DNA from: Ylistrum balloti | Lineage: Eukaryota | DNA length: 64,000 bases | Assembly (NCBI RefSeq): GCF_031769215.1 | Contig: NW_026782462.1 | Coordinates: 1 to 64,000 of the forward strand | Direction of reading: 5' to 3' | In this document: positions 1 to 12,029 of the stretch, one piece after another | Numbering within the stretch: the first letter of the stretch is position 1 | Layout: every line of letters starts with the position of its first letter | Notes under the pieces: generated by a model | Database searches by the model: none | Told to the model about the DNA's origin: nothing | The model's input: the letters and a program-made list of their open reading frames with translations, nothing else | Translations under genes and position numbers: made by a program

Positions 1-3000
1 AGCACAACCGGATATTGTAGAAGCTAATTCATCACATGAACTTACAATAGAATTTATAAACCCGGGAAAAGTGTCACCACAGATTTTCAAGATTTACTTT
101 AATGTAACCGACCAGGAAATATTTATGGTATGTAATTTCTTATGATGGTCTGTTTATCCTACAATGGAGCATCGGACAATTTTGTAGTGGGGGAGATGCT
201 GTATAACTGAAAATATTTGCAAGAATCGAAAAATCAAACAAATGTTCAATGTCTTAGTTAATTGTCGATTAGACACTTTTTGGCATCAATTGTCTGTACT
301 AAAAGAATGGTGATGATCGATAATTAAAGTATTTATAACTGTTTAAAGAGCTTTCATTCCCGAAGAACAATTTTGACGTTCATCTTTGTCGGGTAGTAAT
401 GTTTAAACCGATAATTCTGACGAGTTAAATTGGTCCAGCAAAACCTAAAACTTGTTTCCAGAATTTTCTTTATGTATAAACATAGGTACCAATCATTAAA
501 TCATTGTTGACTCCTTTGCTGAATGTTTTAGACACAACCATCTTTAGACTTTGATATGAACATTTTGCTGCACGAGAAATGTCGCTCCATCACCTTCACC
601 ACTGATGTTGTATTCATTCTAATTACTGAGAGGGATCGATCTTACGGTCGTCTATCTGTCGAATTGCCAACAGGATCTTCATTTGCCATGTGTAGCTTTG
701 AATTAACAAAAGATTACAATATTTTCGGTAGATTTCATGAAAATATTACGAGGTAAGAACAAGCATAAAATCTTAAGATATTTTCTCTGTAAGAAAATGT
801 GACAATTGTAATGAAATGAATCCTTCATATTAATAAAAAAAAGATTTTTTAGAAAGAAGGTGTTTGAAAGCTTTCATAGTTTTTCAATCTTAGTTTAATC
901 AAATAAATATGTTTTTTCTTAATTCTATCGGTGTATTGAAAGGATAAGTTATGTAGAAAAACAGATTGATTGTAGGAAATCATGGGCCACTGAAGAGAAA
1001 GAGAAAATGTTTTTCAATTTTTTCAATTTTTGTTTTGAGTTGATGTTGTTTTTTTTATTTGTGTGTGTTTTTTGGTTTTTAATTTTTGGTTTTTTTTTTC
1101 TTCTTTTGTATGACCACTAGAGAGCTAGTCTCACTTTTAATAGTTTGAAATGATTGAAATTGGATTATAGTGAACTACATTCATTACTTAATATCAGTGT
1201 AAAAATGACTTTCTTAATGTTTGAAAGTATTCAGCGCGATGTTTTGATTTACTAAAAATAAACGCGTGGTTAAAACAGAAAGAAAACAGTATTAATCATC
1301 AATTGCTCCTTTGGTCTGGTTTACCAGAAAGTCTTTCGTCTGTCCTGCTAACACTTCACAGATTTTGCATTAGATATATGGCGTTTATTTTTAAAATAAC
1401 ACAAACAGTCCAATCTGATATAAGAAATATGATGTTTAGGATATTAATGGTTATTATTCGGAGAGACTAAAAAAAACAGGATCACTGGCAATGAGTATAT
1501 AAAGCAATGATCGTTTGGGAAAATTCTTCATTGACTGTAAAGTTTTATCTTTATCTATTTATAGAAAAAAAATAATGATACTGATTGTTTAGTATAGAAG
1601 TATTCTAATCACATAATAATGAAACATTACTAGACCTATTTCACCCCCAAGTGAAGATAAGTTTGATGTTGGTGATATAAGAGTTGTCTATCAGTATATG
1701 ACGTATTGCAAGGAAATGGTTATAATGGAACATGGCCTTGAATATCGAATTAACTGCGACATGTTAACACCATAGGTTGGGGATTCAGGATTGTTGCTAT
1801 CCAAAATGCAAAATTCACAATGGGATATTGAAATCATCATCCTTATCACACAGCTTGGTGGAAATATCTGTACTGTTTGTATTACCATCCTACGGACAAG
1901 TTGGGTTTTCTGTACCATTTTTTAATCACATGACTCATTTTTTTCTAAACATGTTTGACGTAGAATGGTATAGAGTTATTGACTTTTTCAGGCTAATCTA
2001 GAGGTTAGTGAACTAGAAAAGGGTGATATTCCCAAGGTGAAAATAGTCTTTCTGTGGTCAAAAAACATTGCATTATCATAAAAAAGTCGTTAACTGCTTT
2101 AATATATTCCACGGCATTAAAGACGATGAAGGTTATCGATCTGAACTGATCACTAGGAAATAACCAGTTTCATGTTAACATTTCATTTTGTCGAAACCTG
2201 TTGGAGATAGGACCGATTACAGCAGAGGATTTTTTCCTTTAACAATATTAGATATTGATATATGTTTGAAAAAAGGATACAATTAGACAAAACATTATTA
2301 ATGATATTTAATATCATTATAAAAACGTGCAGCCCAAAATACTTTCCAGACTAAGAGTAGAAAGGTGGATAGGGTCATAGTTTTTTTCGAGGTAGTAATT
2401 GTTATTCTCAAAGTAACTCAACATCTTTCTTTTTCGATCATAATCATGCCTATCTTTCAACTTACTTATTTTCTTTTAACAGACGCAGTGATGGGATGAT
2501 TGAGAAAGTCCTTGTCGATATTTCACCGTTGTCAAATGTGAATCTTCGTGATTACAGTGACAAAATTAAGATGGACATACGTTTAACTTATATCGACAAT
2601 GATATTAACAACATTCAAACGTCGTCGTTCAAACCCAGGATTATCAGCAACAACGTATCGATCTGGACTGAAGAACTGACAATACCAAAACCAACAATCG
2701 TAAGTAGAAATAAAATTAAGTAAATAGTCAATGGAAATATACACAATATCAATATTGTTTTTCAATGTTGTTATGAAAATATATCAAATATATAGTTATA
2801 TACTTACACGATCTAACTGGTTGCATTGACGAACTAATTGTAAAAAAAGTATATATATAAATGAAATAACAAAGGACAGAGTAATGAATAGTACATTTCA
2901 ATTATATACAGTAGAGACAAATTTGGAACTAAACTGAAACTTATAGAAGAAAATATCTAATTTGGTCGAAAACACGTATACGTAGATTATTTTCGCATGG

Positions 3001-6000
3001 ATGATGTTTTCATTATTTCATGTGACATTAACCTGGTCATGAAAATTTGATCCGTGTCATAATAGGAAATATGTTACTTAAACAGCAAGAAAATACAAAC
3101 ATGTCAATATTATCGTACTCGTATATAATTTCAATTACACGCAGATTACTCAGTACATAGAAAATCATACCAGCAGTTCCGAACGATTCAGCACATGCCA
3201 TGTAAACCTTGGTCATATACACAGGGGCATTTTCGGCAATCATTGTTTACTGGAATGGATAAAATGATACATGCAATTATGTTACAGGATGCTTACGTTA
3301 GAAATATATAACGTCATAATTACTATGATACTTGGAGGAGCTTAACTAATGCATTTAAGCTTGACATCGAGAGCAATATTGTTGTGGAAAAGGATCTTTG
3401 GATGCACATTGTGTTGACGTTATCTTTGACGAGTTGGCCATCGCGACACGCTCGATCATGTCAACTCGTCCCGAAGGTGATGTGCGACGATGCGTTACAA
3501 TATTGAGTGTAGTTTGCACCCGATAATACCTGAGAATAGACGTGTTTTCCACGCTCTCGGTGTGATTGCAAACTATATCATACAGACCTGTTCTGTACTA
3601 CATATTTACGCATCATTCTCCTTATATTTATATACCCTTACAACAATATTCACCACAATAAGATATCATCTTCTAACAAGATGGCGAAGTCGCCATTTGC
3701 ACTATTCGTGAATAAATGTGGAGTTTGAGATTATTTAAAGTTAAATTGATAAAGGTTTGCAAATCAAATTTCGTGCAATCATAGATGAACGTTATAATAT
3801 CCATTAGGTGTGTTTAGATATAACTAATTACAATGATATCTCGTACAAGATTGTCTTTTACCAATGGATTCCAATATATATCCGTTCTGTTTTTGTATGG
3901 ATGCTTTATAGTTTTGAGGTTGGCTTCTTTTCTTGCCAGGAATACCATCCCGATTTTAAAGTTCTGAAAGCAATTGTGAAGGTTGCTGATGTTGACCCTC
4001 AGAGCATATGGTACCACTATAGTCTGTTTGGTAGCTACTACCATCGAGAGGCATTACTAGTAAGTTTTTGGTTTACTACAGTAAGGAGTCTGTTGAATAC
4101 TGACCGATGGAACGATATTGAAAGTATTAAATTAGAACCGATTAACAAACATACTCCATTCCTTTTAAATACTTTATATATATTACAATTGGCACATAGT
4201 TTTCTTTATGTTAAATAACGTAAGTTTCTTGTGATTTCCCTCTGATTATCAGAATCTGATTTCGTCAATATTTGTTCCTTGTTCTCCCTCATTATTGGTG
4301 TATGTTCCACTTGATAGTTTGAATGTCTAACAAATTTAGGCTTTATATGTATGTGCCAGGAGCTAAACTATTTTCAAACGTCAAAATCTGGGTTTAAAAA
4401 TGTAGTCACAATTTTTTTCCGATGAGATCATTCTGACGACCGTAAAACTCAACCGTAATCTTTATCAGTCTGCTTCATTCTAAACTATATGTTCTGAGCT
4501 TGTATTTCAGTAACTGACATCTTGTACGGAAATCACGATATTATGAATAAACTTTTGAATATCCAACTATTTGCTATCAAATACTAAAGGTGGGGAATGA
4601 AGGTATGTTGTTGTCAAGAAAGGGACGATTCAGCATTTAATCATTGTTCATATTGTGATGTTTATAATTCTTATATAGACGAGGGAGGTATATATTGATC
4701 ATATGAAATCTGAATAATTGTAATCCTGAAGCACGCTAAGCCATTATTCATTGCGAATGTGGAGCTAGACTCAGGGATACATGATCAATTATTATTGGGA
4801 CATATTGATTCCACGAAAAATGACTGAATATTTCATAATATATCAAAAAGGAGATGAAAACGAATTATTTATTATAAAGAAAATTACTTGTAAGCAATGC
4901 TGTGTTAAAATAAATGGACTTCGTAAATACACGTGTTTATTTCATGCAGTGGGAGAACGACAGTAACGTGTATGTGTTAGAATCTCCAAAGATTATAGCT
5001 TACTTCTATTTCTCGACCACTCCTTGTACTATGATTTGCAATTTGACAGCTGTATGGGACCCGCGTAAGTATATCTTTATATGGTAATTTCAGATTCAAT
5101 CAACTCAAAGATGAAACCAGAAAAAATATATAGTAGCTTACAATAACATGTTTTCAATAAAATTAACGAAATCGTCACATCTAAAACGCATTTCTTGGTG
5201 ATAAATATCATTTGCTTCAACGTAACTTCACTCAATTCTATTTGGATATGATTATTCTACGTAATTCAATACATATTTTATATTTTATTACCACGATTTT
5301 AATTTACGTTGATGATGATTGTTCAATGTAATACTTCTTGGTTTCCTTGGATGATAATCATTCAATATAATTCCATTTGTACCTACTTTTCATTGATACT
5401 TCAGTTTCAATTTTATTTCATGTTCGAGGATGACAGTTCAAGTGATTCTTTTAAATTTCTTTGATGTTCACCAATCAAAAAGACTCCATAGATAATTTTT
5501 TAAAGTAATTTCTACCGTTATTATCAAGATGGTGTAACATTATTCCAGATAGTTTAATTTGAATGTATGTGTTTCTGCAATGACTGCGATTGGGTGTTTT
5601 GTTTTGTAGTTACCTTTGACCTTGATCTTCAATGACTACGTATCCATGTATAATTTCAATTTTCATGCCTACACTTTTGACTGCATTCTTATTTCACATG
5701 AGATAGACGTCCATAATTCATGCATGATTCTGTTAAAAATACAAAGAAAATACCAGAACACATTCACACGAACTAGTTGATAACTTTGCCATGATTTCAA
5801 AGAAAAATGTTCAGTTTGAAAAAAAATTAAAAATCGATATTCCAATCAGTTATATACCCTACAATTTAGCATGACATTAAAAATGTAGATATTTGTGCAA
5901 TGCGTATAGTAGCAATTGAAAATACGTGTCGGCGAAATACGCAAAATTCGGAAAGATAAATTCTTCACCGACAAATGAAGAGTGTTAAGAATTAAATAAA

Positions 6001-7093
6001 AAGCATACCATTCTATTTCAGTAAAAATATATCAAAGTAATAAAAGACGACAATAACACGTTGCTGAGAATTATATATATTCTAGAATTCGTTAGGTTTT
6101 AGGTTGAAATCCATACTTATGTTTCCTATGTATTTTTACAGTGAAACACCATATTACCGTAATGAAAGATGACAACAACAGATTGTTAAAAATGCTACCT
6201 TATGCCCTGGACCAGGACTTGAACACTTGCTTTGATTTGCCAGTGCCGGGGAATTCACCCCCTATGTTGTGGCTGATTATTAAAGATTTGAGTCTGTTCA
6301 ATGTGACGTCACGGAAATTTGTAGTTCACGTGACTGGTGAAAACATAGAGTGTGCTCGAGTGGGACAAAAAACCTTACATGTAAGTTATAATTATGTAAA
6401 TTTAGCATGTATATGTGCAGACATTCACGTTGGCAGCATTGACTCAGAATATTTTACTGATACTGAAACTAGCACTGAGGTGATTAATCAGTGAAGTGTG
6501 AATAATATTAGAAAGGTAGATTGTTTAATATTGATTAGGAAAAGAAACTGTTGATAAAGAGGTCGTAGTGTTCGTGAATAAGAGTTCACATTATAGATAA
6601 GAGTCATGTCACGAAATGAATTTCAGGTATTTTTCAGACTTTATTGTTAAAATACTATTAAAGTTTTAGGCATTATAAAGGTCAGGAGGGGATCTTAGAA
6701 TTTTTCGTCTTTAAAGCTGTATCAAACTGTTCTGACCTTGTTTCGAGAACAGTTGATGGCGCATTAACCACATTTTCCGAGCAATGGAGCATAATACAAA
6801 AACATTATCATTTTAAGATTTGTATATTTGTTTGTCGAAGTAATGTTCTATGTATAGCAATTGTTTTTCAGGTTGGAACATCAGTACCTTCTAAAAATGA
6901 CAAATGCAGCACCGAATCGGATATCGTATTCTGTAGGATGTTGTCACAAAGTTCCAATTCTGCAGTTCCTCAATGTGACTTTGAATGTGTATGTAAAGAT
7001 TTACAGAAATGTTCAAATATTCATGTTCTAATGCAGAGCGCCAACAAGGATGTCTGGAAGTTATGTGAACTTACCATAACTGATGTGTTATAG
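1..7093 (+). CDS. Paralog copy 1 (5'-partial) of an uncharacterised secreted multi-domain protein; exons 6 (part) to 12
   Basis: Exons 1-127, 532-752, 2483-2699, 3808-4059, 4950-5064, 6142-6380, 6872-7093 (TAG at 7091-7093). All internal junctions are AG/GT with compatible phases (0,2,0,0,1,0) and no stops. Every exon is conserved in copies 2 and 3. Confidence 0.8.
1715..1905 (-). mobile_element. Penelope-like element remnant (end of RT / HTH region) in intron 7 of copy 1
   Basis: Frameshifted translation KLCDKDDDFN-PIVNFAF-LDSNNPESPTYGVNMSQLIRYSRPCS resembles the PLE motif KLYDKRDDFNFPIVNFPFLDSNIP..PAYGVYISQLIRY (recalled, not searched). Confidence 0.7.
4420..4660 (-). mobile_element. Second Penelope-like remnant in intron 9 of copy 1 (orthologous remnants at ~25880-26060 + and ~52740-52935 +)
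   Basis: Reads FLDNNIPSFPTF...YSKVYS*YRDFRTRCQLLKYKL...FYGRQNDLI. The copy-3 ORF 52765..53007 reads YSKAYSQYRDFCARCHLLKDKL..KFYGRQNDLI. Both match the PLE post-RT region. Confidence 0.65.
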
Positions 7094-7402
7094 ACAAGAA
7101 TGTCTAGAGGATATGTAAATAGACTATATTTGATATGTTATGGACAATGATGTCTAGAGGTTATGTAAACAGCCTATTTCATGTGTTATAGACAACGAAG
7201 TCTGGAGATTATGTAAACAGATTATATATTATGTGTTATGGACAATGATGTCTAGAGGTTATGTAAACAGACAGATTATATATATTATGTGCTATAGACA
7301 ATGATGTCTGGAGGTTATTTGAATAAACTTTATTTGATGTGTAATAGACAATGATGTTTTGAGGTTATGTAAACAGACTATATTTGATGTGTTATACACA
7401 AG
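7049..7402 (+). repeat. 50-bp minisatellite (~7 units) beginning inside the last coding exon of copy 1
   Basis: Units resemble gatgtctggaggttatgtaaayagactatattatgtgttatagacaat at ~50-bp spacing. The first unit encodes DVWKLCELTITDVL*. Confidence 0.9.
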
Positions 7403-10050
7403 GATACACAAAGATTTATAGCTCTGTTGCTTATCCAATACATTAATGTTACATAGGTAACTCGCTCCTTTTCTTTATGTAGATAATAAAATTTTTGCTG
7501 AAGTCGGTGATTTATGTGTAGAATATATAGGTTTCATTTTAAGTATAGAATATTCTTTTCTATTTTTTCCCCAAAATTGAAATACATATGATATTGGAAT
7601 AGTTTGATATTACTAGACTAGTCTATTAGATATTTTATCATTTTACTCAAGAAATCTGTGTCTGTAGTTGTGTATTTTGACATACGCTATGTAATAAACT
7701 GAATACAGGGTAAAAATGTCATCTAATTTGATGGTGTAGCTAGGATTTATTTAATGACTTTACAAAGTAAAGTATAATAGATATAATAAAGTATAATAAT
7801 AATACCAGGTTCTTGTATACCTATTAAAAGCAAAGGCGGGTTTACAGTCATTTCCATGGTATCGGGTCATTTGCCGGAGGGAGCATACACTGTGAGCTGG
7901 ATCTTTTGGTTATTGAGAAACGGTTGAGATATTTTAACACATTTGACCCTTGTAACTTTGAATCTGAGTCATGTCTTTCATTGGAACAATTTTGTTAGCA
8001 CGCTACAGGCCTGTTATCAGCACCCTGACGCTTTTAGTTATTTAGAAGTCGAGAATATTTTCGTATGATTGATCTCAGTAACCTTGAAAGGGGGCAAGTG
8101 CATTTACTTGAACAAACTGAATAGCTATTCCCCTCAACCTACTGTGTAAACAATATCAGTAGCCTTGACATATTTGCTGATCAAATTTGAGATTTTTGAC
8201 AAGGAAACCTGATACAAGATTGGAACAATTATAATCCGAAGCGTGCAATACGATATAAAGTGCCAAACGTCAAAATATTCAGACCGACCTCCGAGGAATT
8301 CTTCAGTTCAAAACTTATTTCACCCTGTAAAAGACTAAGCCTTCTGAATAGTATATTAGTTTCCACAGTGTTAATTAACATTTATAACTGAACACTACAT
8401 GAACTCCTACATTCGTTTCATATCTCGATAGATTAACAAATAATCCGGTCCATGGACGAGTATTAAAATCGCCACTTATAGCTTAACAGCCACAGCTGCT
8501 AGGTGACGCTTTGTCAGGAAATTAACCCAAAATAAGGGAAGAATGATAAGTGATTACTTCAAAACGTTGGATAGTGTACACATCGTAAGGACAATATATT
8601 CGATAAAATGTTTCATGTGTAAGTTGGCGACCTCCAACGAAAGACTTTTCGGGAATATATATATATATTTATTACTTGCAGTGCATGCATATCTACATGA
8701 ATACTACCTTCAACAAGTACAGATTTATTAATATTGATATTAATGGCCGGTTCCTTATCCTGTAATATTTAAGACCAGATATGATAGGCTCATTTTTGTT
8801 ATACCTGGAACTGGGCAGCTGAATCGGCCAAAAGCGTACCAGATCAGTGCTGACTAGACCAGTCAGCTCAAGTCAGCTAAAATCAGATCACGTCGATTAT
8901 GACTGGACTAGAGCAGCCCTAATAAGTCAAATTCAGACCAGATCAGTCCTGACTGAATCGGAGCGGCTCAAATGAGGCAAAATTATATTAGACTTTGTTT
9001 CGATTAAAATACTGCCACATTTGCTAACGGGTTGAATAAAGGTTCCATGCATTAACAAGAAGCAATACATATCTAGCAATAGATGGAGTGTATGCTGTGT
9101 AACGAACGGACGAAAATTAAAAAACGCTCAAATCCAGATGACAGATAAAAATTATTTTTATCTATATATATATATATATTTACGTGACCATATTAGTTAA
9201 TTTAGCTAAATAATAAACAAGAAATTCATTAACAACAGAAAATGTCTTACACCTTATTCACAGAAAACTATATCATTTACCTGTCTTAACGTAAGAGAAA
9301 AACAAGTCTCGCTGGATTTCCAGAATAAGATTTATCCGTTTCGCAGATATATATCAGTCGCTGTTTTATTCAACATCAAATGTCGCAAAAAGAAAAGTTT
9401 TCAGTTTTTAAAAAAAAAGCAGCCTGATTGGAACCTGTAAGACTTTAAAGAGGTTTCAGAAGAAAAAAAATCCAGCTCACGCAATGGCGATACGTTAGTC
9501 TTATAATATAGTCCTGGAGATACACAAACACCAACAGGTCTGGACTTGTAGTAAGAGAGTGAGTGTTGAGATTTCAGAAAGAAAAAAAGGGATCACACAG
9601 AGTAAGGATGAGTGAAGAGATTTCAGAACAAGTGATGATACAGAAGAGGTGTAGGTAAGGATTATCAAGATGGCGATCGGACTAACCAGTCGAGCGTAAG
9701 TCAGCTCAAGTAAATTTGGTCCAATACTAGGGAAAATGTTGTGACATATTTTATACCAGAATGTGTGTAAAGGAACAGTGATTAACATGTGATAAACCAT
9801 AACAAAATTCAAGACGTATTTTGGAGACATTTACGGAAAATTTTATTTTTCTTATGTCAGTATATATTACTATATTGATGAGTATTGTTCAGTTGGGACA
9901 AACACATGTGCTATAAATAGCTGTGTTATACATGGACTTATACATTCCTTTGTTGTTATCGGTTTTTACCCGTGGACAGGTAAGCGTGCAATACCTGCTC
10001 TGTATTAGCTCGTGTCTAGTGTCCAGTGACTATTGCGTGAAAAGTCGTTA

Positions 10051-10929
10051 ATGAGTGGTGTACGGACCAGAATGACCAGTAATTCTAAGTCATCACAGGC
10101 TATGCACCCACGCTGTTCAGATGCTGGAGAAGATGTTTCTTTAAAATTTGTGCAAAAAGAACTTAAAAATATGCGGGAGGAAATGAAGATACTACACACG
10201 CTGGCAAGATCAGAGGAAATTGAAGTGATAGTGGGCAGTGCACTAAAAAAATTTAAAGATGAGATTTTAACAGAAACAAAAAACTTAGTCGAAAATAGAG
10301 TGAGGGAGGCCGAGGAAAAGGTGGATGGTTGTCTCATGGAATTTGACTTGTTAAAAGAACAGATAAAATAAAAAGACGAAGAAATTGAAAATCTTAAAAA
10401 TGTGGTTAAATTGACACAGTGTAACACAAACTACAGCCAACAGTATAGCCGGAAATGCAATATACGATTGATGGGGATGAAAGAGGTTACTGATGAGACA
10501 GCAGATAACCTGAGAGATAGATTTATACAGACATGTAAGGAAGCAACAAAGGATGAGGAGGCCAGGGATAGAGTAAACATCAACAAAAGGGACATTGTAG
10601 CTATACACAGACTCCCGTCCAGGGCAAAACCTCGACCATTGATCGTCAAATTTCACAACAACGAAGTGAAGAGTACATGCATGAGAAGGAAAATAACCAT
10701 CAAGGAAAAATGTGGGTTGAAGATGTAAGACGACATCAAGAAAGACAACCTAGACCTTATACAAAGACTGAACGGACACAGAGACATTGAATATGCATGG
10801 TACTACAATTGTGCTATATACGGAAAATGTAAGACCACAGAGATGAAGGTACGCTTCGATCTTTTCGACGACATTAAAGAAGTGGTCAGACAACACGTTA
10901 TGGATGTGGAGAACGCTAAAAGAAAATAG
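10051..10929 (+). pseudogene. LINE ORF1 (coiled coil + RRM-like nucleic-acid chaperone) with two in-frame TAA stops
   Basis: One frame across ORFs 10033..10371 and 10402..10728, continuing to TAG at 10927-10929. Motifs QQYSRKCNIRLMG, IHRLP..RPLIVKF and AWYYNCAIYG are typical of invertebrate L1/Tx1 ORF1. Confidence 0.75.
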
Positions 10930-11199
10930 AGAGAGACACTCATACATATAACAATGTAAGTAAGTTAACTTTTTGTAAAGCCGTTTCTGTGTTTGTACCA
11001 GTTTTTATCTAGTATATGTCAACTTTCGTGGCTTAAGATAATTTTCTTTTCTCTCAGTGAAAACGACGATATAGTTCTAGTTGCAGTAAAAGTGAAACTG
11101 TAATATGATAAGTAATTACACTATTGTATATGCTATTTGTATACTGCATGATAATGACATTTTGCAAGTACAGATATAAGGCAGATATATGTATCTATT

Positions 11200-11700
11200 C
11201 ATTACCATTTTCATTGTTCATTAAAATCTAGCAAGAGGAGGTGACCAATGCGACATACAGTTGTTATATTATATTGCAATTGTCAAATATCAAATATCAT
11301 TCTATAGTAAGTAAATAAGTATATAGATCCTTTCACGATCCCGATGAGCTCGGCAAGGTACTTTGCCAGCAAAAATCCGGTTTGGTGAAGACTTGTACTT
11401 GTCATTAAATGATATACAATAGATACATGTAGTAAAAGAAAATGTGCAACATAGAAAAGAGTATGTCCTCTTTATCAAAACACAAATCAACTGTTGGAAG
11501 ATTTTATGTTTTTCTTTATTATGATAGTGTGCAGTGAAAGTTATTATATACATATATATGAAACTGTTATATAATAAGTCTTACTTTAAAATTTCAACAC
11601 AAAATTTAATATATATATATATATATATAAAACCATATGTATATGACTCTTGTGTCATAGGTATCACTATATATATACAGATATCTCTAATTTGTTCATA
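11200..11700 (-). mobile_element. Heavily deleted second CR1-derived fragment, locally similar to 11985-13540
   Basis: Shared blocks: cattaaaatctagcaagaggaggt (~11218 and ~12005), gcaacatagaaaaga, aaaacacaaatcaactg, ttaaaatttcaaca, gtcatagg..atcactatatatata. Confidence 0.55.
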
Positions 11701-12029
11701 TGATAATAAGTTTATTTTGCAAGTACAGACCCTCTACACCAGACTCCAACCATGTATACACAAATATATACATTTGAATACAATGTTCATAAATATGTGT
11801 TTCCACATCTCATCAATAAATGTTAGTTAGATTATCATAATTGTTATATTGCGTTTGTTTTATCGGTTTGTACAAGCAACATATAAGCTTTATAATTATA
11901 AACAAGTTATATGTTTATCCAGTCTATTTTTAAAAGATAATATGATACTATATCAGGTAAATTGTTCCATACATTATTCATCTCTTACCATTTTCCATCC
12001 TGTTCATTAAAATCTAGCAAGAGGAGGTA

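Larger units (their letters stand above)
1..8161. repeat. Left arm of a large inverted segmental duplication (partner 21754-30474)
   Basis: The reverse complement of 21754-30474 aligns throughout (position 1 pairs with 30474; 8161 with ~21754). Identity is high with a few indels. The arm probably continues left of the window. Confidence 0.95.

Noticed and set aside
417-460. Other CTGANGA motifs (417, ~982, 14896, 17806, 26012, 37231, 40070) as hammerheads
   Set aside because: None has a paired stem II followed by GAAA and a closing stem I.
3030-3720. ORFs in intron 8 (3037..3243, 3355..3552, 3490..3711) and their mirrors at 26774-27451
   Set aside because: They recur only because of the recent duplication, are not open in copy 3, and have no recognisable motif or phase-compatible splice sites.
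4318-4348. 31-nt candidate micro-exon with good-looking splice sites
   Set aside because: The AG is not conserved in copy 3, and including it would shift the frame.
4769-4889. Apparent extra exon (TQG...MTEYFIIYQKG) reminiscent of an F5/8 type C domain
   Set aside because: The acceptor is weak, the region is frameshifted in copies 2 and 3, and the conserved acceptor at 4950 already joins exon 9 to exon 11 in phase.
7810-8160. Mostly open frame in the shared 3' flank as a second gene or transposase relic
   Set aside because: It has stops and frameshifts that differ among the paralogous copies, and no motif I can name.
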